From positions 29,760,001 to 29,824,000 of the forward strand of contig OX597839.1 of NCBI GenBank assembly GCA_951406725.2: a stretch of DNA of 64,000 nucleotides. The letters run 5' to 3'. The first letter of the stretch is position 1; the number at the start of each line of letters is the position of its first letter. This document shows positions 1 to 15,189 of this stretch, in pieces. Source of the DNA: Octopus vulgaris (lineage: Eukaryota). The translations under genes and the position numbers were made by a program. The notes beneath the pieces were generated by a model. It made no database searches and was not told where the DNA came from. It worked only from the letters and a program-made list of their open reading frames with translations.

Positions 1-629
1 AGCATTTCGCCCGGCGTGCTAACGTTTCTGCCAGCTCGCCAGTGGCATCTGTGATATATTTGTCTTTACTCATCCATCCATCTGTCCTCACGATTTCTGA
101 GAGTGTTTTCGAGCAGAATTCTCAGGCATCTCCGCCTTATAGGGTCTTAACAGGACCAGCCATCATTAGGTTTTACGGTTCGATTCCTAGGCGTAACCAA
201 AACTAGATCTCATTGTTGGCTCACAAATCGGCCCCTTGCCTGTTGACTCGGCTTCAGCGAGCTGCCTTGCAAGTCTTTGCTGAAATATTCTAATCGCATT
301 CGCGCAGTTCCTCTCAGTGAGAAATGCTGGCTCAATCTGGAGAGACACTCCTGATATCTGATCGTCGCAACCTCTTGTCTAATGGTGACCCAGAGATCCT
401 TCTCAGGAACACACCGTTTTGGATTCTTGTATACGTGAGTATACTCTAAGCCCAACTTAATTGAAAAATTACTCAATACCGTAAAAACGTATTTATGTCC
501 ATTAAAGTGGTGGGACCGGGTGGGGTTCGTGTGGGTAAACAGGTGCGCTGATGACGTTTGTTGAGGCAGAAACATTTGCCCGCGAATAAATTTGTCAGGC
601 GCATCAGATATATACATAACAAACACACG

Positions 630-700
<71 letters not shown>

Positions 701-705
701 GTCTG

Positions 706-762
<57 letters not shown>

Positions 763-767
763 ATATA

Positions 768-2148
<1,381 letters not shown>

Positions 2149-2163
2149 TATATATATAGTTTA

Positions 2164-2470
2164 TGGGATTATTTTAGGTTTCCCGTCGGTAAAGAGTTTA
2201 GCTTTATGGCGAATCGTCAGATCCCAAAAACCTCTTGGCCCATGACATCTTCAAAATATAGTGGGCGGAATGCCTTAAAGGTAACAATTGGGGATTATCT
2301 CCCTTTGCTATTGGTTATCGACTTCCGGCTGTGCCGTCAGTTGTTGCCTTTGGGTAGTAAGGCATTTCCCCTCCATATATTGAAGAGCTTACAGGTGAAC
2401 AAGATTTTTGAATCTGACGATACGCCATAAAGCTAAATCCATTATGGACGTGAAACCTAAGGTAATCTCA
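2164..2470. ncRNA. Inverted pair of type I hammerhead-like motifs (2164-2226 on -, 2408-2470 on +)
   Basis: + copy: CTGACGA T ACGCCATAA..TTATGGACGT GAAA CCTAAGG TA ATCTCA, with stems II and III intact and stem I weak. - copy: TGGGAT CTGACGA..GAAA CCTAAAA TA ATCCCA, with a perfect stem I and mutated stem III. Confidence 0.65.
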
Positions 2471-2526
2471 TAAATCGGCCTTCCCTATTTTTAATATATG
2501 TATGTGTGTGTGAAAGTGTGTTTCAA

Positions 2527-2830
2527 GGCTCGTGGCTTAGTGGTTAGGGCATTCGGTTCACGATCGTTAGGTCGTGAATTCAATTCCCGGCGACGCGTTG
2601 TGTCCTTGAGCAAGACACTTTATTTCACATGGCTCCAGTCCACCCAGCTGGCAAAAATAGGTCCTACCTGTATTTCAAAGGGCCAGCCTCGTCACGTTCT
2701 GTGTCACGCTGAATCTCCCTGAGAACTATATCAAGGGTGCACGTGTCTGTGGAGTGTTCAGCCACTTGCACGTTAATTTCCCTAGCAAGCTCTTCCGTTG
2801 GGACCCTCGTCGCCGTAACCGACGGTGTTC
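2527..2830 (+). mobile_element. tRNA-derived SINE (family C type)
   Basis: A-box-like TGGCTTAGTGG, B-box-like AATTCAATTCC and the GTCCTTGAGCAAGACACTT core. Related heads occur at ~31634, 33577, 49327, 52921 and 56447. Confidence 0.75.
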
Positions 2831-3169
2831 TCCGCGTGTGTGTGTTTTATGTATTTATATATATATATAATAAAAATAATAATAATAATAATAATAGTAA
2901 TATTAGGGAGTAAATCCAAACTTACAGGGAAAAATTAGATTTAGGATTAAATCTAATTTTATAGTATAAATATATATATATATATTATATTAAATTAGAG
3001 ATAAAACCACTATTAGACAAATCAAACAGTGAAAATCATAAACCAATATATAGAAATAAAATCAATTAATAAAAATATATAAAATATAAAATTCAAAATT
3101 TAAAATATTTAAATTAAAGTTAAAATTTTTAAAATTATTTAAATTAATAATTTATACTTATAAATGTTT

Positions 3170-3206
<37 letters not shown>

Positions 3207-3210
<4 letters not shown>

Positions 3211-3468
3211 AGGAAATGAAAAAAATGCTGACAAAATAATTTAAGTAAGGGAGAGTGTATTTAATTAGGTGAAAGTTCTTTTTACCGGTTGCGCATTTGT
3301 TATGCTTATCAAAAGATATTTTTTAAAGAGAGATAGAGTTCCTTTCTGATAGATTTTTTTCTCTTGATAAGCATAACAAATGCGCAACCGGTAAAAAGAA
3401 CTTCACCTAATTAAATACACTCTCCCTTACTTAATTTATTTTGTCAGCATTTTCTTCATTTCCTTTTT
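3207..3468. repeat. Fold-back element (~110-bp inverted arms) between (TA)n tracts, carrying a degenerate U3-A8 hammerhead in each arm
   Basis: Arms ~3207-3316 and ~3362-3468 are reverse complements. The motif is TTGATAA GCAT-AACAA-ATGC GCAA CCGG TA, with GAAA mutated to GCAA. Confidence 0.75.
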
Positions 3469-3504
3469 TTATATATCACAACTCGTGTTCCACATCTCCT
3501 TTTT

Positions 3505-3552
<48 letters not shown>

Positions 3553-3554
3553 AT

Positions 3555-3597
<43 letters not shown>

Positions 3598-3601
3598 ATT
3601 A

Positions 3602-3651
<50 letters not shown>

Positions 3652-3732
3652 CTATCAAAAAGTATTAAAAGTTTAATATAAGATAAAGAAAAAAATATAA
3701 TAATGATAACAATACATATATATACATATATA

Positions 3733-4146
3733 TACTCTTTACTCTTTACTCTTTTACTTGTTTCAGTCATTTGACTGCGGCCATGCTGGAGCACCGCCTT
3801 TTAGTCGAGCAAATCGACCCCGGGACTTATTCTTTGTAAGCCCAGTACTTATTCTATCGGTCTCTTTTGCTGAACCGCTAAGTGACGGGGACGTAAACAC
3901 ACCAGCATCGGTTGTCAAGCAATGCTAGGGGGACAAACACAGACACACAAACACACACACACATATATATATATACATATATACGACAGGCTTCTTTCAG
4001 TTTCCATCTACCAAATCCACTCACAAGGCATTGGTCGACCCGGGGCTATAGCAGAAGGCACTTGCCCAAGATGCCACGCAGTGGGACTGAACCCGGAACC
4101 ATGTGGCTGGTTAGCAAGCTACTTACCACACATCCACTCCTGCGCC
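3733..4146 (-). mobile_element. tRNA-derived CORE-type SINE (family B)
   Basis: Reverse complement of the family head GGCGCAGGAGTGGCTGTGTGGTAAG..GGTTCAGTCCCAC..CTTGGGCAAGT, with an internal (TA)/(TG) tract and an (AAAGAGT)n tail. Other copies: ~9534-9760(-), 10601-10912(+), 10918-11358(-), 27024-27425(+), 32870-33272(-), 38498-38785(+), 42224-42620(+), 43415-43822(-), 51145-51545(+), 61217-61612(-). Confidence 0.85.
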
Positions 4147-4470
4147 TATGCATACATATATACATACTCAAAATAAGCAATAAGGATATCCAAAGGTAGT
4201 GTAGTACTTCATTTAATTAAACAATGTAAGTATTACATCAGTTTGAAAATGCAGAGAAATCTTCAGCCACATACGGAATTTTTTAATTAAATTAACAATA
4301 TTCATTTTATACTTGGGTGATAAGAAATCTACCCATGAGTAGAGATCATTCACTACCATGTTTCTATTGATGAGATTCACCTCTCTGTCTATATACCTAC
4401 CTTCTTTGTAATGCTGGAAAATGGAATAAGTATAAAATGAATATTGTCAATTTAATCTAAAAATTCCGTA

Positions 4471-4558
4471 TGTGGCTGAAGATTGCTCTACGTTTTAAAA
4501 CTGATGTAATACTTACATTGTTTAATTAAATGAAGTAGCATGAAACGATTGTACTACA
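4471..4558 (+). ncRNA. Type I hammerhead ribozyme motif with long stem II insertion
   Basis: TGTGG CTGAAGA TTGCT..(~50 nt)..AGCAT GAAA CGATTG TA CTACA. It lies in the right arm of an inverted repeat (~4168-4315 / ~4428-4590) whose left arm has lost the GAAA/stem III segment. Confidence 0.7.
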
Positions 4559-5171
4559 CTACCTTGGATATCCTTGTTGCTTATTTTGATTATAATCACC
4601 CCATTTGATTTATATGGATAATACCATACCAAATTCTGGTGCATTTAACTTAATCTAAATTTTTACACGAGCTGTGGCCATGGTGGGGCACCGCCATTTG
4701 GTGTTGCTACATGATTTTACTTCAAGAATGCTTTTTAGCAATTGCCATTTGGTGCATGAGAGAGTTCGATGCAGCTGCCCTCATCTGCACATCCTGCCGT
4801 GAAGTTGGTTCATATATATATATATATATATATATATACCTACTAGAAGATGAGCACTAGTGTGTGTGTTCGCCGCCGTATGTATGCATAAATATAAAAA
4901 TGGAACAAAAACGCAATAGAGGACAAAAAAATATTCGGATAGCTAGTCGATAGAAAGGTGGACACGAGAAACAACATTTAGAAGGCCCAAAATGGTCGTG
5001 ACGTCTGGTACTTGAGTGAAGAAATAAGGCCACGGAAGACCCGTCTCTTTTTGCCCGTCCTTCTAATTGTTGTCTGTCTTTGTATCGTCTAACTGTCCAA
5101 ATGTTTTTATTGACCTCTATTGCGTCTTTGTTCCATTTTTATATTTATATATGTATGTATGTATGCATGTA

Positions 5172-5229
<58 letters not shown>

Positions 5230-5422
5230 AATGTGTCTGTCTTTCTGTCAGTCTATCTATCTAATGTTGAAAAGAAGAGGCTTTGCATTGGGACTGAACC
5301 TGGTATTATGGGATTGGGACGAAAACCAATTCTCAGTCAATCAAACCTTCACCTACGGACGTAACAGATACGCATATATTTACATATGTACATACATACA
5401 GCCACATACAATATAATATCAA

Positions 5423-5469
<47 letters not shown>

Positions 5470-5494
5470 ATTATACACACACACACACACACAT

Positions 5495-5549
<55 letters not shown>

Positions 5550-5945
5550 TATATATGTCTGTTTTCAAATTGAAAATAGAGAGTAGGAAGGCAGCTACTT
5601 TTAAAGATAAACACTCACAAGCTCACACTCATACGCACACACACACAAACACACATTTATTTCTCTGCGTGTATGTGTTTGTGTGCATGTGCGGTGTATA
5701 TATGTGTGTTTGTGTGCGTTGGTATATGTTTGTGGGTGTACCCACTCCCACAATTGTGAGACTTTGTTCATATTCCTGTTTGTGTTGTTTTAACATATGG
5801 GTATTCCAGTTCTCACGTTTGGTCTTTTATCTGACTCTGAGGTAGTCTGATGGTTCTGCTGGTCGGAGAGGGCGCGCAGGGACCGTCTTTTCTTGTCTTT
5901 GTTTTAACTTTCCGGATTTCGATGATATCAAAACCGTATTTTCGA

Positions 5946-5987
5946 CCAATCAGTTTGCAGCGGAGATTGTTGGGGATTTGTTATAAA
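5946..5987 (+). promoter_or_regulatory. Putative CCAAT box (5946-5950) and TATA box (5982-5987) of the EMI-EGF gene
   Basis: GACCAATCAG and TTATAAAT lie ~250 nt upstream of ACAGCCATG, with no ATG between ~6010 and 6234. A possible acceptor TTGCAG at ~6089 leaves room for an upstream non-coding exon instead. Confidence 0.5.
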
Positions 5988-6233
5988 TGTGAGCGTTTAG
6001 TAGAGATGTGACAGAGCCAGGCCGATTGTGGATCGGGATTCTGCTGCTGATAACCCCGCTACGTAGTTCGAAGACATCTTTGTATTGCAGGAATCACCAC
6101 AAGTCAACTCCAACCAGAAGATTTAGACGTTTATTCTCTATTCTGTATTAATCACCTCTATCCGCTCTGTTAATACAAGCTGTTCGTGTGTCCGTCGAGA
6201 GGAGAATCACTGAAAAGTAGAAAAATAACAGCC

Positions 6234-6445
6234 ATGAAGAATCTCGTCCTTTTCTTATTTGTTTTCGTTGTTGGTGTTTGGGTAACTGAAGGACAGCAGC
6301 CGACTGAAGGGCCGTCAGAGGTTACTAAAGGACAGCTGCCGACTGAAGGGCCGTCAGAGGGTACTGAAGAATTGACTGACGAACCGTCCGACAATGAAGA
6401 TGGTAACTCAACTACAGGAGAAAGTCTTGCTGCGTGGACAACTAA
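6234..6445 (+). CDS. Exon 1 of secreted EMI + 6x cbEGF protein: signal peptide and acidic repeat region
   Basis: GCCATG start, hydrophobic MKNLVLFLFVFVVGVWVTEG, two 39-bp repeats (TEGQQPTEGPSEV / TKGQLPTEGPSEG), and donor AA|GTAAGT (phase 2). Confidence 0.88.
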
Positions 6446-7767
6446 GTAAGTTACTGTTTCACTCCACCCGATTTAACATAAACCTATTTCCCTTTGGGTA
6501 TCTCTAGTGGGGTTCTATCTACTTTGTTATCAGAAATTTGGATCACGTTTATGATCTGGTGAGGGTTTTGCGCTGTGAAGATAGAGGGGTATAGACCATA
6601 ATGCTTTTCAGGGATTCAGTGATTGGTGGGAAGAAAAGGAAGGAAGGGGACCTGACTTTAACTCTTATAACAGAATGAACTCAGAGTACCTAGTGGTGAT
6701 ATGAAATTGAGTCGCAGGTTAAGTGTGCCATCCAACCAGACATTGTCTTTTGAAGAACCTCAGCGTTTGTTCTTTTAATGCGGATCTGCTTCTACTCAGC
6801 TCAGTTCCTCTCTGATAATAGTTAACAAATGAGAATCTGTATATTATAATTGTATGCTTTTCGTTATTTGTTCATGGATCTCCTTTTCACGGATATATGA
6901 TTAAATATACCGCACAGCTAATCTCTACTAAGTGCATGACGTTTGTTTCCGATCCCCTGGAACAATATCTGGACTGTTGTATTTAATCGAGTTTTCCGTT
7001 TCCGTTGGAAGGTTCCACCGGTATTCTTGATGGAATCTGCTTCGTTTGTGCCTTTAGCATGGCTATCAGAGCAGACTTTCCTGCATTTGGCATCAAAGTT
7101 TATTTTTGTGACAATGTCATGCCTCAATGGGGACGTAATACCTTACGGATGTTTTCTGACAGCTATTGATGATACGGGTGATAGCATCCACCCTTTCTGT
7201 TAAATACAATAAACATTTCCTGTCACAGCGTGGAAGTTTTCAATCTATTAATAGCATCGCCAAAAGAATTTGAGATCTCTGGTCCGGGGACAAAAGCGTA
7301 GTTGATCTTCTTCCCAGATCCTCCTGTAATGACGATACATTCTAGGCAGAATATGTAAAAATTCTATTCGCCTATCCTCTGGCGAACCTAACGGAAAATT
7401 CCCGCAACTCATGCGGCCACAGCATCCGTCCAGAACGCTAACCCCGAAAAGAAAGTGACCCACGCTGGTCATGATTCCGCTCACATGATTTCACTCGTTC
7501 GTCTCCTTCCTGCAAGGTCCCTGTATTGCGGCACACTTGAGTCCCACATGATCTTAAAAAGGCAAACTGACTCCATTCAAAATGAGAGAGGGAAAAAGCG
7601 ATTCATTATGTGTATACTTTATCGATGTATACATGCATATATACCTACATGTTTATATGCATGCATGATGTATGTACATAAGTAAATATATATATGTACG
7701 TATGTGTGCGTGCCAGTGTGTGTGTGTGTGTGTTCTGTTTTTATATGTTCCATATTTTTGCTTCCAG

Positions 7768-7860
7768 GAGAACGTGTCGAGTGAAATGTTTCAAAACCAA
7801 GTCCTACAAGCAATCACGAAGAACCTGGTGTGGGTTTTTAAGAAGATGTACAAAATACAG
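7768..7860 (+). CDS. Exon 2, N-terminal half of EMI-like domain
   Basis: TTTTTGCTTCCAG| ... |GTAAAT, phase 2-2. Encodes (K)RTCRVKCFKTKSYKQSRRTWCGFLRRCTKY. Confidence 0.85.
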
Positions 7861-8363
7861 GTAAATACGAAGCCACAGTTTCTGTTTTTTTATATCTTTC
7901 TATACTGAGTAAACTTTCCATATAACGGCATCCACAATAACAAAACATTTAAGATAACGGCATTTTTGTCTCTGCTATTTTGGAATCTATATTCATCCAT
8001 CCGTCCATCCATCCATCGTTCCATCCATCCATCCATCCATCCATACATCCATCCATCCATCCATCCATCCATCCATCAATATATCGATCGACTCATCAAT
8101 ACATACATATATACCTACATACATACATGTATGTTCTGAGTTCAAATAAGCCGAGGTCGACCTTGCCTTCCGTCTTTAGTGATCGATAAAAGTACCAGTT
8201 GAGCACAGCTCTCGATGTAATCGATTTAACCCCTTTCTCAAAATTGCTGGTCTCGAGACAAAATTTGAACCAAATATTCTGATATTTCTCTGTGTGTGTG
8301 TGTGTGTCTCTCTCTCTCTCACTTTCTCTGATGCTGTTTACACACACACACACACACACACAC

Positions 8364-8429
<66 letters not shown>

Positions 8430-8526
8430 CAGCAAACAATTTAGATTCAAATGAATATGGTACTTAATTTAGATGCACCAGAATTTTGTATGTTATTACC
8501 CATAAAAATTTGCAGGGTGATTATAA

Positions 8527-8580
8527 TCAAAAATAAGCAACAAGAATGACTCTGGAGTCATTCTTGTTGCTTATTTTTGA
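8527..8580. repeat. Perfect hairpin, 26-bp arms with 2-nt loop
   Basis: TCAAAAATAAGCAACAAGAATGACTC-TG-GAGTCATTCTTGTTGCTTATTTTTGA. The arm resembles the terminus of the 4168-4650 element and abuts (TA)n. Confidence 0.9.
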
Positions 8581-8628
8581 ATATATATATATATATGTAT
8601 ATATACATACATGCATACATATACACAC

Positions 8629-8698
<70 letters not shown>

Positions 8699-9570
8699 TA
8701 CATATATATGTTGATATACATACATACATATATATATATACATATGTATAGGTATATACGTACTTATATGCGCGCGTGTGTGTGTATGTATATATATATA
8801 TATATGTTATATGTGACAATTGTTTGGCCAGCCTGATAAAACTCCGAGTTTCAGATGCCAAGGTGGAAATCCTTTGACGTTTCCACTTATTTCCACTCTC
8901 ATTACCGAAACTCGAATAGCCATTTTGTATTTACTATTTACAGATAAATTTCTATTTATAGAATATCGAAGTCTCTATCTTTCTTTTGTGTGTCTTACAA
9001 TTTTTATCTTCTGGTTATATACATTCTGTGTAATTTGGTAAGTTTTGTTTTTGTTGTTGTTGCTTTTGTTCTAATTTTGTTCATGTGTTTACATCCACCC
9101 ATTATTATCATTACATATGCTTGTATGTATGTATAACAACAATATTAGTAATAATAATAATAAATCTGTATCGAAAAAAAAAAAAAGAATATACATATAC
9201 ATATATATATATACATACATATACATATACATATATATATATATACATATATACACACATATATACACATATACATATACATATATATACACATATACAT
9301 ATATATAGATATTCATTTCTATTTCTTTAATTACCTGTGCATTTATTCATGTTTGCAGGATCCACTATTGTCATATGTTGTGGTGTGCGCTATTGCTCCA
9401 TTCTAGACTTATTCTATTCAGGCTAGGTTTATTTTCTATTATATGTGTAGCTTCTGTAATTTGTCTAATTGTTGCATCTGTTCTATGTGTGAGACAATAT
9501 CTTAATCTCTATGTTATTGATTAAGATATTGTCAGGACAAACACAGACACACAAACTTATACACGCACAC

Positions 9571-9631
<61 letters not shown>

Positions 9632-10769
9632 CGACGGGCTTTTTTCAGTTTCCTCTCCCAAATCCACTCACAAGGCTTTGGTCGCCCACGCAATGGGACT
9701 GAACAAGGAACCATGTGGTTTGTAAGCAAGCTACTTACCACACATACCACTCCTATATGCCTGTATATGTGTATATATTTATCGGAGCAAATGCACTATA
9801 TATGTGTTTACGTATATGTATATGTATTTAGTATTAATATACATGTATATGTAGGAAAGAACGGGGAAGCACCCCATTTATTATTATTATTACTAATAGT
9901 TCAGTGTTGCCCTCCCTCAGGAACTTAGATGATCAATAATGGGTGGATGTAAACATCGATGTCTCATTCCCAAGAAACGTCGACACTGAATTACAGAGGG
10001 TGTTTATACATTTGTACAAATATTGCAGGCATCCCCCCACACACACTAAATAAACATAGACTTTGTCTACCACATCTGCAGTGTATTTGCTTTTAGCAAT
10101 TGAAATATTTGAGAAACATATTTCAACTAACCTAAAGTGACCAATATCATATATATACATACATGCATACGTGCATACATACATACATACATACATACAT
10201 ACATACATACATACAATATCTGTTTCATACACGACACATAAAAAAATCTTGCACAACAAATATTTAAACGTATATATATATATATATATATACATATATA
10301 TGTAGATATACATACATACATATATATATATACATATGTATAGGTATATACGTACTTATATGCGCGCGTGTGTGTGTATGTATATATATATATGTAATAT
10401 GTGACAATTGTTTGGTAGCCATGATAAAACTCCGAGTTTCAGATGCCAAGGTGGAAATCCACGCAGACGTTTCCATCGATTTCCACCTCGGCATCCGAAA
10501 CTCGAATAATTGTTACATATTACATTTACAGATAAATTCTCTATTTATAGAATATCGAAGTCTCTTTCTTTCTTTTGTTGTCTTACAATTTTTATCAATA
10601 TGCAGGAGTGGCTGTGTGGTAAGTAGCTTGCTTACCAACCACATGGTTACGGGTTCAGTCCCACTGCGTAGCATCTTGGGCAAGTGTCTTCTGCTATAGT
10701 CCCGGGCCGACCAATGCCTTGTGAGTGGATTTGGTAGACGGAAACTGAAAGAAGCCTGTCGTATATATG

Positions 10770-10804
<35 letters not shown>

Positions 10805-11146
10805 ATGTTTGTGTGTCTGTGTTTGTCCCCCTAGCATTGCTTGACAACCGATGGTGGTGTGTTTACATCCCCGTATCTTAGCGGCTCGGCAAAAGAGACC
10901 GATAGAATAAGTAATATACTCTCTTTTGCTCTTTTACTTGTTTCAGTCATTTGACTGCGGCCATGCTGGAGCACCGCCTTTAGTCGAGCAAATCGACCCC
11001 GAGACTTATTCTTTGTAAGCCCAGTACTTATTCTATCGGTCTCTTTTACTGAGCCGCTAAATTACGGAGACTTAAACACACCAGCATCGGTTGTCAACCG
11101 AAGTTAGAGGGGGACAAACACAGACACACAAACTTATACACGCACA

Positions 11147-11230
<84 letters not shown>

Positions 11231-11825
11231 CGACGGGCTTTTTTCAGTTTCCCTCTCCCAAATCCACTCACAAGGCTTTGGTCGCCCACGCAATGGGACT
11301 GAACAAGGAACCATGTGGTTTGTAAGCAAGCTACTTACCACACAGCCACTCCTATGCCTGTATATTTATATATTTATCGGAGCAAATGCACTAAGCAGTG
11401 TTTACGTATAATCACAATTTAGATTAATTACATGTTCGGGTAGGAAAGAACGGGGAAGCACCCCATTCGTTCAGTGTTGCCCTCCCTCAGGAACTTAGAG
11501 TCAATAAACTCGAAACATCGATGTCTCATTCCCAAGAAACGTCGACACTGAATTAAGAGGGTGTTTTCCTACATTTGTACCAGAAGAGAGATTTTTTTGT
11601 CTACCACATCTGCAGTGTATTTGCTTTTAGCAATTGAAATATTTGAGAAACATATTTCAACTAACCTAAAGTGTAATATCATATATATACATACATGCAT
11701 ACGTGCATACATACATACATACATACATACATACATACATACATACATACATACATACATACATACATTCATACATATATGTATATATACACACACACAA
11801 ACACATATATACATATATATATATA

Positions 11826-12750
11826 CATTATGGCTTCCCCCTCGTTATCAAATATGGCCATTGCACGAAGCTTAACTGTTATTGGTGCTGTGATCGAATG
11901 TGACTTTTTAGCCCAGCTAAAGACCTACAATGTCTTGTACAGAATTGGCAGCTAAAACCTTTACCGGTAATAGCCGGCTGTAGTTGTAACTGGGCTTCAT
12001 GTACCTTTGCATGTCGTTTAAGTCCTCCTGCCGAATTACACTCTCTTCCACATGCCTGGCAGATATGATTAGTATGGTGTGTTACACCATCACCAGTGGC
12101 CAGGTTGTCACTCATCTGTCTCGCTTTATGACTACGAAGATGACTCTTGAGTCCAGCTTTACTGAGGCAGGGTCTTGCACAGACACAGTATGTCAGCATC
12201 ATTGGAAGAGCCTTCCCATCTGGAAGCGTAACAGCGATGCCTTTCCTGACATCCCTCCTTACTTTCTCATGCGCAACTCGAGATTTCTCAAAAGTAGCTG
12301 TCCCATCGTGCACAATCCTTCTTCACCTGCTACGATCAATAGCTATGCCCTCCCATGTGCCAGGAGAGATGCAAGCATCTCTTAAGGAAGCCTTCAGCAA
12401 GTCCTTATACCTCTTTTTTTGGTTTATGTGGAGGTCGTTCTCCTGTAGCTAACTCTCCATAAAAGAGTTGTTTTGGCATCCTTGAATCCTTCATCCTGAC
12501 CAGATGACCACTCCATCTGAGCCTTTGCTTTAACACAAGACCTTCTATACTTTCACACCGAGAGCCTTCGAGTATTTCAAGATCACTGATGCGGTCCTTC
12601 CACTTAATGCCATAAATCCGTCTGAGGCACATCTCATGGACACGTTCCAGATGTTTAAGGTGGTATCGATATGTGAGCCACGTCTCGCAGGCATAGAGAA
12701 GAGAAGGGAGCACACATGCCTTGTACACCTTTATCTTTGTCTTTGTCTTT
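11826..12750 (-). mobile_element. 5'-truncated RTE-clade LINE with three C-terminal C2H2 zinc fingers
   Basis: KTKIKVYKACVLPSLLYACETW..QRLRWSGHLVRMKDSRMPKQLFYGEL is a typical RTE ORF end. After a frameshift there are three C2H2-type fingers (ORF 11879-12313). Confidence 0.9.
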
Positions 12751-12774
12751 ATATATATACATACACACACACAT

Positions 12775-12809
<35 letters not shown>

Positions 12810-12826
12810 CACACATACATACATAC

Positions 12827-12896
<70 letters not shown>

Positions 12897-13264
12897 TTAA
12901 AATTTAATAAGGGTAGAAATTGATGTTAATCAATTAAACCAGTGGCCCAGCATATTAAAAAATCCGAAGATTAAAATATGTAGAAATATATATATATATA
13001 TGCATGCTGGACCGCTGAAATCTACGAGTAATTTTTTCATTCCCTTCCATTGGCTAGACAATTCATTAAGTTTTCGACGCCATGTTGTTATGAGAATAAA
13101 TGTGCCTGTGTATATGTGTGTATGGTTGTTTATGTTACTGTCAGTCTACATAAGTATGTGTGCTTGTATGTGTGTGTGCGTGTGTGTGTGTGTCATTGTC
13201 TGAGACTATTATCATGGTATTCTGTTTTTATATTCTGCTATTCCATTATTCTTTCTCTAAATAG

Positions 13265-13341
13265 TTTGAAATACACTCGATATTCTACAACCTGTACCAG
13301 ATGTTGTAAAGGATGGACTGGCGTGCCTGGACGTTGCAGAG
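13265..13341 (+). CDS. Exon 3, C-terminal half of EMI-like domain
   Basis: TTTCTCTAAATAG| ... G|GTAAGG, phase 2-1. Encodes (S)LKYTRYSTTCTRCCKGWTGVPGRCR, which contains the EMI CCxGW motif. Confidence 0.9.
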
Positions 13342-14015
13342 GTAAGGAATATTAGTTCAATACTGACTTGATGTTACATGCAGATAAGGGCTAAGGTTTA
13401 CTTAATGTTTTATATTTTATATCGTAAGAAATGAACAATAGCGTCGTTAATTCTTTCTTTCTATTCTATATCCCATGCATAAACAATAGCGTTGTTTTTG
13501 TCATGCTTCCGACATAGTTAATCAGTTTCTGTCCATTCTGGTGTTATATAAAACCCGTAACTATTTCTAACTGTTTGAGTTGGATGATAATTTCGAGAAA
13601 TTTTCCTTTCGTTTCTTCTTCACTTCTCAACTGAATCAACCTCCTCTTTAACAAAACTTTGTCTCTCATCAAATATCCGGCCCTAGTGTAACATTACCAA
13701 TTTTAATACCGACGTATGTCGAAATGGGAGTGAAACCCTCTCCCTTACAACTGACAATAGAATGTCTCATTACCTGTGCTTCAAGGAGGACCCAAACTTC
13801 AATAGTGCCATACTCACTGGTTTGTATGTCACAGTCGATATCACTCCAAATGCCTAGTTTCAAATACGACGAGTTGTAATAATTTACAGAGCCGATACAC
13901 AACGTACCTACTTCTTCCACCTTAAATATTATACACATAATTGTAATAACAATAATAATGATGATAATAATCTTAATAATAATAATAATAACAATAATAT
14001 GAAACCTTAATATTT

Positions 14016-14086
<71 letters not shown>

Positions 14087-14236
14087 ATACTATTGGTACA
14101 AGGACTTGTCGATTATAACAACCTCAGTGTTCCGCTCGTACTAAAGTATGACAGTCAAAGTCGACCTCGGCGGAATTTGAGTTCAGAACGTCGCGACGAG
14201 CGAAATATAATAATGATAATAATGATAATAATGATG

Positions 14237-14332
<96 letters not shown>

Positions 14333-14439
14333 TTGTTGTATTTGTGGATGGTCATGTTGCCAGTTTAGCCAATGAAAACACTCGCACTGTATATTCGGTG
14401 TTCACTTGCTTCAGCTTCATTTCAAATTTATTATATTTC

Positions 14440-14484
14440 GGCCAGAGTTCTTTCGTCACACCTCTGTGGCCTCATCAGTGGTCC
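14440..14484 (-). ncRNA. Minimal hammerhead-like motif (family shared with 60862-60906)
   Basis: GGACCA CTGATGA G GCCAC-AGAGGT-GTGAC GAAA GAAC TC TGGCC. The other copy has a perfect GTCAC/GTGAC stem II but the core reads CTGATGC. Confidence 0.6.
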
Positions 14485-15189
14485 TTTGCTTTCTTCTTTC
14501 TTATTTGTGACTCTCCTTCCTAACGATCTGCCATTTTGTATTCCTGTTGCATGTGTCTTTATTTGCGGATGCGTATATCAACGTGTGTGTGTCTGTGTTT
14601 GGTAAGTGTGTGTGTGGGAATGTGTACGGTACCTGCATTATCTGTAACCCCTGTTTATTCACGTTCAATTAATTTTCATAATCTTATTTATTTGTATTTT
14701 TTTTATTCTCATCTGCTTACTTTATTATTTTTTCTTTCTCTGTATTAATTTATTGTATTTTGTGTATATATATAATTAATTAAAAAGGAAAAAAATTATC
14801 AGTAATAGTAAAACAAAAGTTTTGTGATATAGAGATAAATGTCTGATAATAGGTTTTAGAGTTTTGTCTTGGGGGTGAGGGTCATAAATCACTTCCTAGT
14901 TTCGGCGGGGGAGGGGAGGTTGAAATTTGATATTGTTGTGATGAGTGGTCAGTCTACATCTATCCATCACTACAGGTTTATAGCTTTAAGTTTATAGTGT
15001 GTATGTGCGTGCATATACACACGCATACATACATACATACAGACAGACATACATACATACACACAGGCGTACGTACATACATACATACATGCATGCATGC
15101 ATACATGCGTGTATACATACATACACACATACATACGTACATATATATATAACGAACTAACTGTTACTTTCTCAGATGCAGCATGGATT

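Noticed and set aside
6520-7560. GC-richer intronic segment with short ORFs (also 60-620, 29200-29960, 53170-53450, 57420-58080)
   Set aside because: These are probably decayed retroelement fragments, but no motif is clear enough to assign a family or a gene.
9359-9426. Possible extra exon after TTTGCAG in intron 2
   Set aside because: It has no good donor and no domain similarity, and exons 2 and 3 already join into a complete EMI-like domain.
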